The notes beneath the pieces were generated by a model. The model was given only the letters and a program-made list of their open reading frames with translations. It did not search any database and was not told the origin of the DNA. A DNA stretch of 61,595 bases, filler included, from Bipalium vagum (Eukaryota): the NCBI GenBank assembly GCA_037834085.1. It is 3 parts of 3 records of this genome, joined end to end, with 100 filler letters (N's around TTAATTAATTAA, not from the genome) between each part and the next. Parts side by side here need not be neighbours in the genome. Positions count along the whole stretch, not along the records: positions 1 to 23,863 come from JBBMKC010205377.1; 2 more parts are not named here. One strand, given 5' to 3'. Positions 1-12,561 of the stretch are shown piece after piece. Position 1 is the first letter of the stretch. Every line of letters starts with the position of its first letter. A program made the translations under genes and the position numbers.

Positions 1-469
1 ATTTTCTTTCCTTAAATAATTTTAACTAAAATATTTTTATATAATTTCTATTTTTAGTAAGTTAAACTTACTATTTTAATTTTTTATAAATTTTTATATT
101 TTTAAAAGCTGACTCATTGAATATGAGTAATAATAATAATAATTTATTTATTTTTAATTATTTTTAAATAAACTTGTTGCTGGAAAGAATTCTTGTGACA
201 ATAACCTTTAAAAAAATAAAATAAACATTAAAATCACAATAATAATTAATATACAAAGAGTTTTTATTAAAAACAAAATGTTTTCATTAAAAGTCAAATA
301 ACAATTTTAAAAGTTTTTTATCTTCTTTTTCTGGAGTCTCCACAGAAGATAGCCTTGAATCATTTGTTCTGCCCAGACGGCCGTGGTCACACCTTTATAT
401 AATCAATATGAAGTTTTGATAATATTATTAAGTTTCGAATTTGCTTGGATGATAAATAGTTAAATTACA

Positions 470-960
470 ACTTTTATTCAAAACTTAACGTGGCTCGTTT
501 AGATCAATAAGAATCAGAAGGATTTAGAGTGTGTTATGTTCTTGTTCCAAAAGATGTTTTATAAACTGATGGTTATGTATTATTTTTAATCGACGTGGTA
601 ACAGTAATTGTGCAAGAAAAATTTCAAATTAAACACTTTAATAAAAATAAAAATCGTTCACTAAGACAAATCAAAAGTATTAGTTAAATTTTTTACAAAT
701 TGAATTTTAATATCAAAACTTTGTTGAATAAACAAATTGTTATTATTATTGATAAATCCCAAAGAAGAATTAGAGTAAAGTAGTTTCAATTATGCTCTTC
801 GCTATCCTAGCCTCAAGAGCCCTCAAAAGTAAAAAGCGCTTCTCCGCCCTACTTGATGTTGAGAGGGCAAAAAGATAAATGATAAGAGAAACAAAAAAAT
901 ATATAAAATTTATTTGATGGCAACGAAATAATTGGGAATCTATCCAATTATTCCGATTAA
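470..960 (+). repeat. Dispersed repeat with an inverted copy at ~43470-43990
   Basis: Blocks AAACTTAAC..GGCTC..AATCAGAAGG.TTAGAGTGTGTTA, CTAGCCT.AAGAGCCCTCAAAA and ATTGGG.ATCTATCCAAT match the reverse complement of 43470-43990 in the same order. Confidence 0.75.
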
Positions 961-1239
961 TTTATTTTATTTAATTAATTAATAATTTGTAGTCAAATTG
1001 CAATTTCAAATTTTTTAAATTATAAATAAAATCTTAATTACTGGACCTTGGAATGCGAATGAAATGCTATAAGGAATGCTTTACGAAATCGTGAAGTTCC
1101 TGTTTGACCACGTTGTGAGTAACAGCTTGTAGATCACATTGAATTTGTACTTGTCCGGTTTGTACGTTCCGCTTTGATTGAAAAAAATTGAAAAATTTAC
1201 AGATATTTTTAGTTTGAACATATTTAGAAAATAAAACAA

Positions 1240-1680
1240 CCCTCCAAAAGTAATTTTTATTTTTAAAGAAGTCCAAAAGAGGGAATTTACAAATATTAAT
1301 GGTCATCAGAAAATAATTTTTAGGGAATTCTAGAGTTTTAATAAAATTTTGAGAATTTTAAAATTAATTTTGAGATTATTTCAAGAATAATCTCCAGATG
1401 AAGATCAGTTTCAGAAAAGTATATAAGCAGATGGATTCTAGTATATTTTCACCCCTCAGAAAACGTGCAGCTTAAGCTTATCAGAATCGTATTGATTATC
1501 AGAATCTTATTGATTATCAGAATCGTATTGATTATCAGAATTGTATTGATTGTCAGAGTCTTATTGATTATCAGAGCCTAATTGATCGGAAGCAGACTAC
1601 TATTAATTCACCAGGTAACGACTATTGAACAAATATTCTAATGTCTGAGCTGTGCTTAAAATTCCCCACCAGAGGGTTAT
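1240..1680 (+). repeat. LTR-like dispersed repeat, copy 1 (TATA, Inr-like site, 6 x 18-bp tandem array at 1478-1585)
   Basis: Colinear similarity to 12120-12561. TATATAA at 1420, TTTTCACCCCTCAG 31 nt later, unit TTATCAGAATCGTATTGA, end motif GCTGTGCTTAAAATTCCCCACCA. Confidence 0.75.
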
Positions 1681-3122
1681 CGGTAAGCAACTGTTAGGGC
1701 TCAGACGATAGCTTGGGAGTTTTAACGAAAATTAACGAAATCGCCAATATAGTTCTGTCCAATCTTTAAATTGTTGTGCTCACTTCTTGCAATAAAAAAT
1801 TGACCTGACTAAAATTGTTTATGATGGGTTTAAATGCATGGTGGATCTTCTTTAATAATTACGTTATTCATGCACTTTCTAGAAATGATGGGCAACCCTA
1901 GATTATTAAATAAATAAATTATAATAAAAATCAATTTAATTATAGTGCCGAGATTAATTCCGCATCTACTGCATAATCTATGATATATTTTCTTACGATT
2001 TATCAGTAAATAGAAATCCTTGATTTCTTTAGATGTTAAATCGGAACACATCGTTAAATTTTCTCATTAATCAGTATTGTAAATAATCATTTTTCTCTAT
2101 TACTTTGGATTATTCTTTTCAAAAGATAGCGTTAATGATTTTTGAAAAAAATGTTTTCAGAATTAATTATTTATTTCCTATATTGCGAGAAAATAATTTT
2201 TATAGGTAAATTTTTGATAATTATTCTCAATATTTTCCATTTCAATTTTTAATTCCGCAATTAAAAAATATATATATCAGAAATGAACATTTGTCCGTTC
2301 TGAATTTCTTATTAGCAGAATAGAGCTTGAAATAACAAATAATATCTTAAATTAAAACAAAAAACAAAATATTTAGAATAATAAAATTGAGAATTTCTTG
2401 AAAAGAAAGAAAATAAATAATTCTTCCATACATTTTATATAATATTCATATTAAATATACAAAAGTGAGAATATTTAATTAAGAAGCCTATTAAAAATGT
2501 TTATATAGCTCAATATATATACCAAACTTAATGAAATATATAAATTTAAAAAATTATATATAAAATAAAATTCTTTATACATATATTATAAAGCTTAATT
2601 ATCTTTCTCAGTTGCTCACAGCGACCCTAACCAATATAATACAGACAAAAATAGAAAACCTGAATAATATCTTAACAAAAAAAGTTTACACATAATAAAC
2701 TAATATTTATTACATATAGAAACAAAACTGTTTATTTATGATGTATTATTATTAGTCTTCATTTTAAAGTTTTTAGGATTCTATTCATAAATAATTGTCT
2801 GCTCTCCTTTTGAACAAACGTTAAATATTTATTTAACCGAGGGAAATTGCAAAAATAACTCAAAAACAGTTTTCCATTGATTTTTAATAAATACATCTAT
2901 TTGCTTCTCAGTAGCATTAGAGTAGAGCAAGAAAAACTCCATTACAGATTAGTCCGCTACTCAAAATTATGTAACTAAATTTTCGAGGAAGAAATTTTAT
3001 CTAAATTTTCATTGTGTAAGTTTAACACAACTCCCGTGTAAGATTGGTTGAATTCTATTGTTCAAAACAAATAAAAACATCAGCAATTTATAAATTTTTC
3101 TTTATACAATTTGTAACTGAAT

Positions 3123-6100
3123 ATGGGATGTGCAGGAAGCGTACCAGACAAAGATCAACAGGATAAAAACAAGGAAATCGAACAGCAATTGCGCCACGAT
3201 GCTGAAAAGGCAATGAAAGAAGTGAAATTGCTTTTATTAGGCGCAGGAGAATGTGGAAAATCGACAATTCTCAAACAGATGACAATTATTCACGGCAAAG
3301 GATATCCGGAAGAAGAGAGAAAGGAATATATTCCTATTATTTTTGCTAACGTCGTACAAAGTATGGTAACAATATTAAACGCCATGGAGACTTTAGGAAT
3401 TCCGATGGAAAATCAAGCCATGGTTGAAGAATCAAAAATTGTACATAAATATATGCGTAATGCTGAAGAAGGAGAATTTCCTAAAGAATTGGCAAATGCA
3501 TTAGCACTCTTGTGGAAAGATGAGAGTCTCCAGATTTGTTATTCTCGAGCAAAAGAATATCAATTAAACGATTCTGCAGGTTATTATTTAGACGCCTTGG
3601 ATCGATTGTCAGAACCATCATATATTCCGACTGAACAGGACGTTTTAAGGAGCAGAGTCAAAACAACTGGCATTGTTGAAACTCATTTCCATTTCAAAGA
3701 TTTGGATTTCAAAGTTTTTGATGTCGGTAAGTAAATTTGTTTAATAAATCTGTTAATAACATTTTTTAAATTGAAAATAAATAAATTAAAAAAACGATTA
3801 ATAACTGAAAATATAATATTTGAATATCTGTCTTTGCTTTAAACTTCATGGATATTTGGTATAAATAATGAAACAGTAACAATTTCTAAATAATTTTTTT
3901 TTAATTCAAGAAATATTTTTATTATTTATTTTTATTTTTATGTAGTCATATCTAAAATTAATTTATTTCTTAAAATTTCAGTTTAAAAATATTACACAGT
4001 AATTTGATTGTTTTAATCAATAATAATAAAAAATATTTGAGTGATTTTATTTTATTTCATCTTAAATATTTTAATATTCATTGAAATTCATTGTTTATAA
4101 TAAAAAAAATTTCTTTAATTTTTATCATTTTCCGGCTTTAGTCAACAATATGCATTTAATTAAAAATGAAAGAAAATTAGGAAAGTAAATGGAAATTATT
4201 TGCCATGACAATTATGTTGCATAGTAACAATAATAATCGCAATTTAAATTGAGATTGTATTGAATAAGAGTAGCGTTTCTCATTAATAATCGAATGAAAT
4301 AATTATCAAAATCCAGAAAAGTAGACTAAAATAGGAATGGAAAAATGACTTTAAAATGTTAATAAAGATTAATATTATTTTTTAAAAATTTTTATTGACA
4401 ATTGAACATTGGATTATTAGACAAGATTATTTAATCATGAACATTGTCTCTAAATATTCAATAATTATTAAAATAGATTTAATTTGCAAAATTAAATTTT
4501 TATTTGATGTTCATTATGAAGAAAATTCACTGGTTAATTGTTTTTCGAAATTTTAATTAATTTTCATTATTATTTAAAATTATTATTATTTATTGAAAAA
4601 TTTTCAGAAATAAAAAGTCAAGACGATGTTAACAAAGATTTTATTAACTTTACTCAGCTTAAAAATTAGTGTAAATATTAATAATTTAATATTTAATATA
4701 TTTATTTTTACTGCAAACGTTATGTGGAAAACGGAAATCAATGACAGAAAGGATTTTTGTAATAATTAGAAAATTAATAAATTTTTTTAGTAAATTCGAG
4801 AAATCTTACTGCTTTTATAAAGTCAGTCTAACAATTGATTTGTATTTTCTTTGCAACAAAATTTAATTTAAGAAATTTTGTTCTATAACTTTTAATATAT
4901 TTCTAAAATCAAATAAATAATAATTATTTGTTATGTACTGTAAAGGGAATTTCGAAAAATTTAACTAATCGAAGAAAAATTGAAAATCTTGCCAAAAAGT
5001 ATATTTTATTTCTTGTAAATTATTTTACTTTCGATTTATATTTGCATTTCTAATTATATATATTTATTATTTTTGTTAATGCATTATTCTAATTCCTGCT
5101 CACTTTAATTATGCGAACAGAATATCTGAATTTTATCAAAATTAATATCGATTTATTTATTTTTATCTTAAGTTGTAAATTAAAAAATTTTTATGTATAA
5201 TAATAATAATTTTATTATTATTATTATTAATTAAAAATCTGTTCAGCATTATTTGTAACAAATAATTAATTGTAGTAATTATAAAATATAATAATTATTA
5301 AATTTCTTTTCTCAGTATTACTAAAATTATATTATAAGGTCAAGACAGTGAACTGTAATTATACATGATTATGTAAGTTTATTTTAATATATCCCATAGA
5401 ATATACAATGTGATCTTAAACTACAGTAAAAGTAATAAATTTTTAAAAATAGTTTGTTTGATAATTATTTACGAATATGATGGAAAACTATTAAAACACT
5501 GAAAATGTTTCCGACGTTACCAAATACTTCTTGCTGACAACTGATAAAAGAATCATATCGGATATTGTTCCTAATATATTAGGTTTTCAAATAATTTCCT
5601 ACATTTTTTATTAAATTTCCATCTCTTTAAATAGTTTATTATTATTTATTCTTCAGATAATTAATTTTTTAATAGTTTACTTTAAATTAAGTTTGTAAAA
5701 TCATATTTTTAATTCTTTCTCAGTTAGAAAAAAGATTTATATGAAAATGAAATTACCAAATTGCAAAACCATTTGGATAAAGTAATTCAATATGATGGAT
5801 CACATTTTAATGAATAAATATATATATTTAAAATTAAAAGTATTGACTTTATTTTTATCAAAAGTTGGCAAGAGCTTATTTGAACACCATATATTTTAAA
5901 AAAATTTTATGTATTGCATTGAAAGTAAGCTTTTTTAAATAGGCGTTAATAAAGAAAATTTATTCATTTGTTTAAATAAACTATTTAAACAAATAGTGTA
6001 CAATATATTGTGTATGCATATTCCAAAAATGATCTATAAAATATATTGTGATATCTTTAACTATATATTATTTTTATTCTTCCTTAGATGGCGGTTTATA

Positions 6101-7310
6101 TACCAAATAAGCAAAATTTGTGCGAAATCATGTTATTTCACCAGCTTCCTGAAAATGGGAGAAAGCTATTATTAACAATGGAAAATATTTAAAATATATT
6201 ATCTTTTCATTTTATGTTTACTAAATATTTATATTACTTATTAAATAAAAGACAATGTTGTAAAAACGGCTCACTTTCAATGCAAAAATGTAATATATAT
6301 AAAACAGACAATTCAACAACAACGAATTTTATATATTAATAAAATTCGAATACATCATACATTGAACTGATTTTTTTCGTTGACCATATTACACATATTT
6401 TTATCAATATAAAGATTACGGAACATTAGAATAGTATAAAAAGTTTGGTTATTAAATAATTATTTTTTAGAATTAAAAAAATCATAACATATTTTAATAC
6501 TATGACTATACGCCATTGGTGCATTCATAATATACTTCAAGTTAAGATAAGAAAATGATAATATACTTTTATAATAGCGAAAAGTGAAAATTCCGATCTC
6601 CTGTTTTTAAGATATCCAAAAAATGTTTTTAAACAGCCTATTCTATGAATGAAATCCTTATATTATTTAGATTTCTTGATTGTTACATGAAAAAACAAGA
6701 AGGATTTTATTTGTATTATTAAATCGACTACGATTAAACTCAGTCCAATTTATTAAAAAGTTATTTAATTAGGCTAAATAAAAAAATAATTTGAAATCAA
6801 AGAAAAAAAAATTAAAAATGAAAACAAAAAAAATTATTTCATATTACAGGTGGACAAAGATCTGAACGTAAGAAGTGGATGCACTGTTTCGAGGGTGTAA
6901 CTTCCATTCTTTTCCTTGTGGCTATGTCAGAATATGACTTAAAACTGGTTGAAGATGCCAGTACCAATCGAATGCACGAATCCATGCGACTGTTTGATTC
7001 TATATGTAACAGCCAGTGGTTCGTGAACACAAGCATCATTTTGTTTTTGAACAAAAAAGATCTTTTCGGTGAAAAGGTCGTCAAATCTCATTTGACGGTT
7101 TGTTTCCCAGAATATACTGGTGCAAATATTTATGAAGAAGCAAGCGCATATATTCAATTTCAATTTGAAGAATTGAATAAGAAAAAGGAAACGAAAACGA
7201 TCTATACCCATTTTACTTGCGCCACGGATACCAACAACATCCAAGTGGTGTTCGACGCAGTCATTGACGTGATTATAAAAAACAATCTGAAAGATTGCGG
7301 TCTATTTTAA
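3123..7310 (+). CDS. GNAI: Heterotrimeric G-protein alpha subunit, Gi/o class (2 exons: 3123-3726, 6850-7310; 354 aa)
   Basis: MGC N-terminus (myristoylation/palmitoylation), [10 protein letters not shown]-loop, RVKTTG, DVGGQR rebuilt across a GTAAGT...TACAG phase-1 intron, NKKD, TCATDT and Gi-type C-terminus [10 protein letters not shown]. Exons total 1065 nt = 354 aa + stop. Confidence 0.97.
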
Positions 7311-9559
7311 CTTAGAGAAGATTCGTTGTAACACTTTAGAGACTTTACATATGTGATAACATTCGGACGAAAATCAAAGTTTTACATATCAGTTTTTGGC
7401 ACATCAATAACATATCTTTGATTATTATTTTTAGATTCTTATTATGAACTACTGGCACTTTAATACATATATATATTTTTTGATTTGGTAAAGATTTTAT
7501 GTGATTATTATTTATTAATTTTTGACTGAGACATTAGAAGAAGGATCATGTGAACATTTGGTTTGGAAAACTGTTATTATAATGTTTATTTGAAGAATTG
7601 TTTAGTTTTCTTTTTTCAAAGCCTATATGTATAAATTTCTATCATGTTATTTTTTTTAAAAATTAATCGGAAAATTTTTTGAAATTATCTACAAATCCTG
7701 AAAGGTATTCTTTGATATTTACTTCGTTAAATGATTATGTTTTAAAAGAAATAAAGCATCTGTTATTTTATTATTTAATTATATTTCATAATTCGTAATA
7801 TTGTTTATATTGGCAATAGATCATAACTGAAATTCCTGGTCTTATAATTTAATATTTCAAAAATATTTTCTTAAGTTTTTGTAACAATTTAAAATATGAA
7901 TAAAAATTGACATGAAAGAGACATTTAAGACATTTATTAGATAGTAAAGTATGAAATGCATAATTGTATCTTGTCATTTTTTAAACTTGATTAACTGCGA
8001 TTTTTTATTGTGATTTAATAGTTCTTGTTTTAATTTTTTTCAGAACCACACAATTTAAAAGATAAAGAAATTAATTTATAATTTAAATTTTGGTGTAAGT
8101 GATTGATATGATCAGATAAATTAACTAAATTAAATTTTGTCAAAGGAATTCAAGTAGCTATCTTTAAAACTTGTGTTCCAGATTTAAATAAATCAGAATC
8201 TAAGGAGTGGAAATTTACTGATGAGTTAGGTTAATGTAGATTGAAGGCTAGAAAATCCTACCACATGTTGAATTATGACTAAATCGTAACAGTGCTCACT
8301 ATTATGATTAGATTAAAGTATGAGTATAATTGTGAATTGATCAATGAAACTAGAATATTAAGAAGAAAATCTAAAAATGATATTACGAAGTCTTTCAATT
8401 CTTGGCATATGTAAAATATATATATGTAAAGAATGGGAAATAACAACTATTACTAAAGCAGTCACAATTCAACAATTATCGTCAGATAAGAAAAAGATAA
8501 AAAATTGAAAGGACACGACTCCAAATATCCAGTAATCAACTCGGATAGTATAACAATCACTCAGTTATAATTTAATTCATCTATTTGATTTTTGTGTAAA
8601 TATTAAGTAATATTTTCAGTGTTTTTTGCAATAGACATTTGATTTTGTTAAAAAATTGATAAAAGACATTTCATTTTTAAACACTTTCACTTGAATAGAG
8701 ACTTACAAAGATCACAACACTCCAAGTCTCTTAATTTTGTAATTATATTATATACTTTCCTCATTGTTCTCGCTGTAGGTATCTTTTTTCTGTTCAGGTT
8801 TTCTAGGTACTATTTGACTCATCTATGTTGGCTATCAGTAAAACAATTTGCACTATTTCTTCAATGAAGATATTAAAATTTGAATTTACTGATATTAAAT
8901 TTGATGTAAATTAACGACTTTTTAACTTAAATTAACCAGACATAACCTTTAAATTTGAGAATTCCGGCGTAATGAACTCGAGAACTACATCTTAAACCAA
9001 ATTCTACTTTGATATTTTATTATTATTGTTTGATGAGTACTAGTCTCAAGCTGTTTATTTATTTAAAGTTTATTAGATTTGCATTAAAATCATCAGTGAT
9101 ATTAATTTTTCTTTTTGATATGTGACTTATAAAATGTATGTCCAATAGCACAGATGTAACTATAAAGTCCATAATTAAAAAAAATTTCATAAAAAAGGAT
9201 ATAACATAAAAGTTCATTAATACATAAAAAAGAAAGAATATAAAATATAACCCTTTATATATAACAAACAATTTTGTAATCGCATTAAATTTCTAATACA
9301 TAAGAAATGTTGCTCATCATAGAAAATTTAATCTGATGGGTTAAATAGGGAGAATTGGTCAATGATTTTGTAAATTTAGATAAAACCAGATCTGGACTCA
9401 ATTCCTTTTTAGAAAGAAATCCAGTGTTGCTGTCTAAAAAGCTGATCACACAAACTGTAATTATAGTTTCTCTCAAATAAGAATCTTGATTTCTTACATA
9501 TTTTATCAGATTTATTTTAACGTGCTGTCACATTCATGTTACTAACAACATATGTCAAG

Positions 9560-11560
9560 TTGGAGCTGACATGAACAGAGAGCTCTAAAAGTTTCAATGC
9601 ATTTCAAAATGTAAAATTAAAAGCAATCATCAGCGAAGTCTAGCAGCTCTTTAAAAGGAATCTTTGGGTTATCAGCAGGACGGACATTGCAGATGCCTTT
9701 GGGTCCGTTCCTCGTGAATTGCTAGAATGGGCTAAAAACTAATTCGATTGAATTAATCAAATCACTCTATAGAGAAGTGACGACGGTCTATCAGTGTGGT
9801 TCAACCGCGACTGATGGTATCCCTGTCCTGAAAGGGGTCAAGCAGGAGATGTCCTTTATCTATATCTATTTTTGTCTCAGCATCAACTTTATTCTTGATA
9901 TGTGCTCTAAAAGAGTGAATCAACTGGAGATTCTCGACCAAAAAATCCCAGGATGCTCATGATCTAGTGTTCTTTGCTAGATCAACCAATGAACTCCAAT
10001 TAATATTGGACGAGGTGAGCGGTGCCTTGAATAAAGTCCATATATAATTTCGGCCACAGCAATGTGAATATTTTAATACCGATGCCAATCCGGGAACTGG
10101 TGTTAAAATATATAAGGAGCTAGTCCCAATAGCGGGTGAATCCGACCAATACCTTTACCTTGGAATGCCTCAAGGTCAGGGTAAAAGAATGGGAAAGTAC
10201 AAAATCCTTAAAGGGATTTTGAACGGTTTTCACTGGGTTTTCAAATCTCACCTTCACCCAGCCCAGAAAATAGAATGTTTTAAAATATTCTTGCATTCTA
10301 GGCTTCTATTCCATTTTAGAAATAGAATGGTGGATACCATAACGGGCTTGTCAGAAAGACACTGAGGTCAATCAAATATCTCATATTTGTAAACCCTCTA
10401 CGGCACTTGGGGGTTTCGGTATAGGTCCTGCATACGACGAATACAACATTTGCAGTGTGGTGCAGGGACTGCGATTTTTGAAAAGCAATGACCGGCATTG
10501 TAGGTCACTCTTGACCCGATCCTTACTACATAACGTAAGAGAAAGGTTCTGTATGGAAACTTCGGTTGACCTAAATCTTGCATTGAGATGACTCAGCGAT
10601 AACATCAATAGCAATCTCTATGAACAGATCACACGGTGAACAAAGGTAACGGTTTCCGTGTAGGCTCTCCGATCCAGAAGTATATAATGTGAATTCTTTA
10701 TTTTTGAGGAGGAGATACAGCTAAAAATAACAATGAAGTTGACTAACGGTGGGTTGACGAGACATTTTTTCAAAAATAAGAATATAGATTAGACCACAAT
10801 GACTCTTCACCAAGGGATGGGTATACATTACTTCAACAGGTGTATGAGTCACGTGGGCCAAAGTCGGGTTTTGGGTTGTTCCTCAATGAGTGTTCGTTCC
10901 AATAAAATCATGATGAACAATACACTGCCTGCAGCCCATTGGTTCTTCTTGATTAAATCCAGGAGCAACAATTTAGCACTCAAATACAGTCCTCTAAACA
11001 TTGTGAGTGGGAGAGATATGCACTGTAGGGTCTGAAAAACTACGGTGGAAACACAAGCCCATGGGATAAATCATTGCCACGCCCGGCCACACCAACCAAC
11101 AGCGAAACACAATCACGTGTTAACGTTGTTGTTCAACTTTCTAAAGGACTTGGGATTGGACGTAGATATGGATGTATGTCCACATGAGGTGAAAACCACA
11201 CTACGGCCAGACTTAATTGTCAGATCCAAGTACATCAAAGTTATAAGTATCATCGACCTCAAAGTGCCATATGATGAGCGTAGTAACTTCTCTAAAGGTC
11301 GTAAAAGAAAACAAAAGAAATATGAAGGACTCGCTCAGCAAAAACGTCGATATCTGGACAATTAATCTTGAGTTCCTCAGCTCCTGGGATCCAGAGAATG
11401 ATAACGTGTACCGTCCACCTGGTTTCAAGGAGACGGACATTCATAGATTATCAACCGATATGACTGCGTCTGTTATCGCGCAATCATATCATATCTACCT
11501 ACAACATGTAGGTGGAAGGGGATAATCTTACTATTTAAAAGTATTTTTATCTTTACTATT
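9560..11560 (+). mobile_element. 5'-truncated, decayed non-LTR retrotransposon with restriction-like endonuclease (NeSL/Utopia/R5-like)
   Basis: Broken frames contain RT motifs DIADAFGSVP (~9683), GVKQG-like (~9835), a degenerate YADD (..DLVFFA, ~9960) and YLYLG (~10149). Downstream are a CCHC knuckle remnant (CRV..ETQAHGINHC), KHNHVL, RPDLIV...IDLKVPYD...KKY and SWDPEN. Many stops and frameshifts. Confidence 0.88.
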
Positions 11561-12119
11561 ATTAAATATATTATAATAATTATTATTATATCGAGTAATA
11601 CTATTAATATTATAAAAATAACTAATAATTTAATTAACAATAACTTTAGAATTCAAAATAAAATTACTAAATATTTATGCTCATTAAATTTCCTTAAAAA
11701 ACTGTTTTAAAAAGTTAATCATTTTTAATCTATTTCTCTACATTTAAGAATTTTTCTTCAAAATATATATTATAATAAAAAGTAATGCCATTATTACTAC
11801 ATTAACTATAAATAAAAAATGACTTAAATACTTAATAATAAAGACCTTAAAAACTTGTATTAAGATAAAAAATACTTTCCTAAATATAATACTTAAAACT
11901 ATAAATAAATCTTTAAAAATTTACAAAATCTTAAAATATAAATCACCTGAAAAATAGCAAAACAATTTCTCTATTTCTAAGAATAAAATAAAAATTAACT
12001 TTAAACTCTAACCTTTATTGTGTTTGGTTTACTCAAGACAACCCCCGGAGGAAAATAAATAATAAAAAAGTAATTGAAAAATTCCCAGGAATTTTATTTT
12101 GAAAATACTTTAAAAAATA

Positions 12120-12561
12120 AGATAATCCTTGAAAAATAATTAGTATTTTTAAAAAGCCTGAAAGAGGTATTTTAATAAAGAATAAGGGTCATAATGAAAT
12201 AATTTTTAGGGAATTCTTAGGGAGTTTTGGAATTTTGATAAATTTTTTAGAATTTCAAGTATAATTTTGAGAGTATCTGAAAAATATTTCCCAGATCAAG
12301 ATCAGTCCCAAATAGTATATAAGCTAAGGGATTTCAGTAGATTTTCACCCCTCAGTGAACACAGTCGGATCAGATATAAAGGACCAGGTATAAAGGATCA
12401 GATATAAAGGATTAGATATAAAGGATCAGATATAAAGGACCAGATATAATCAGAGCTACCAAAGGATCAGAGCTACCAAGGATCAGAGTCACCAAGGATC
12501 AGACAAGTTCTAATACTTTTTTTATTCCGGGCTATGCTTAAAATTCCCCACCAAAGGTTAC
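12120..12561 (+). repeat. LTR-like dispersed repeat, copy 2 (TATA, Inr-like site, 6 x 14-bp plus ~3 x 16-bp array at 12367-12504)
   Basis: TATATAA at 12316, TTTTCACCCCTCAG 31 nt later, units GGATCAGATATAAA then GGATCAGAGCTACCAA, end motif GCTATGCTTAAAATTCCCCACCA. Confidence 0.75.

Noticed and set aside
1478-1585. 18-bp array as CRISPR or coding repeat
   Set aside because: Pure tandem units without unique spacers, and no ORF support.
1690-2060. Possible hAT transposase remnant on the - strand (IIKEDPPCI*TH...FVNFR)
   Set aside because: Similarity is too degenerate to call without a profile search.
8217-8256. CTGATGAG...GAAA hammerhead-like core
   Set aside because: Stem II does not close next to GAAA, and no stems I/III with an NUH site were found. 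Other CTGATGA hits (35544, 40269) fail likewise.
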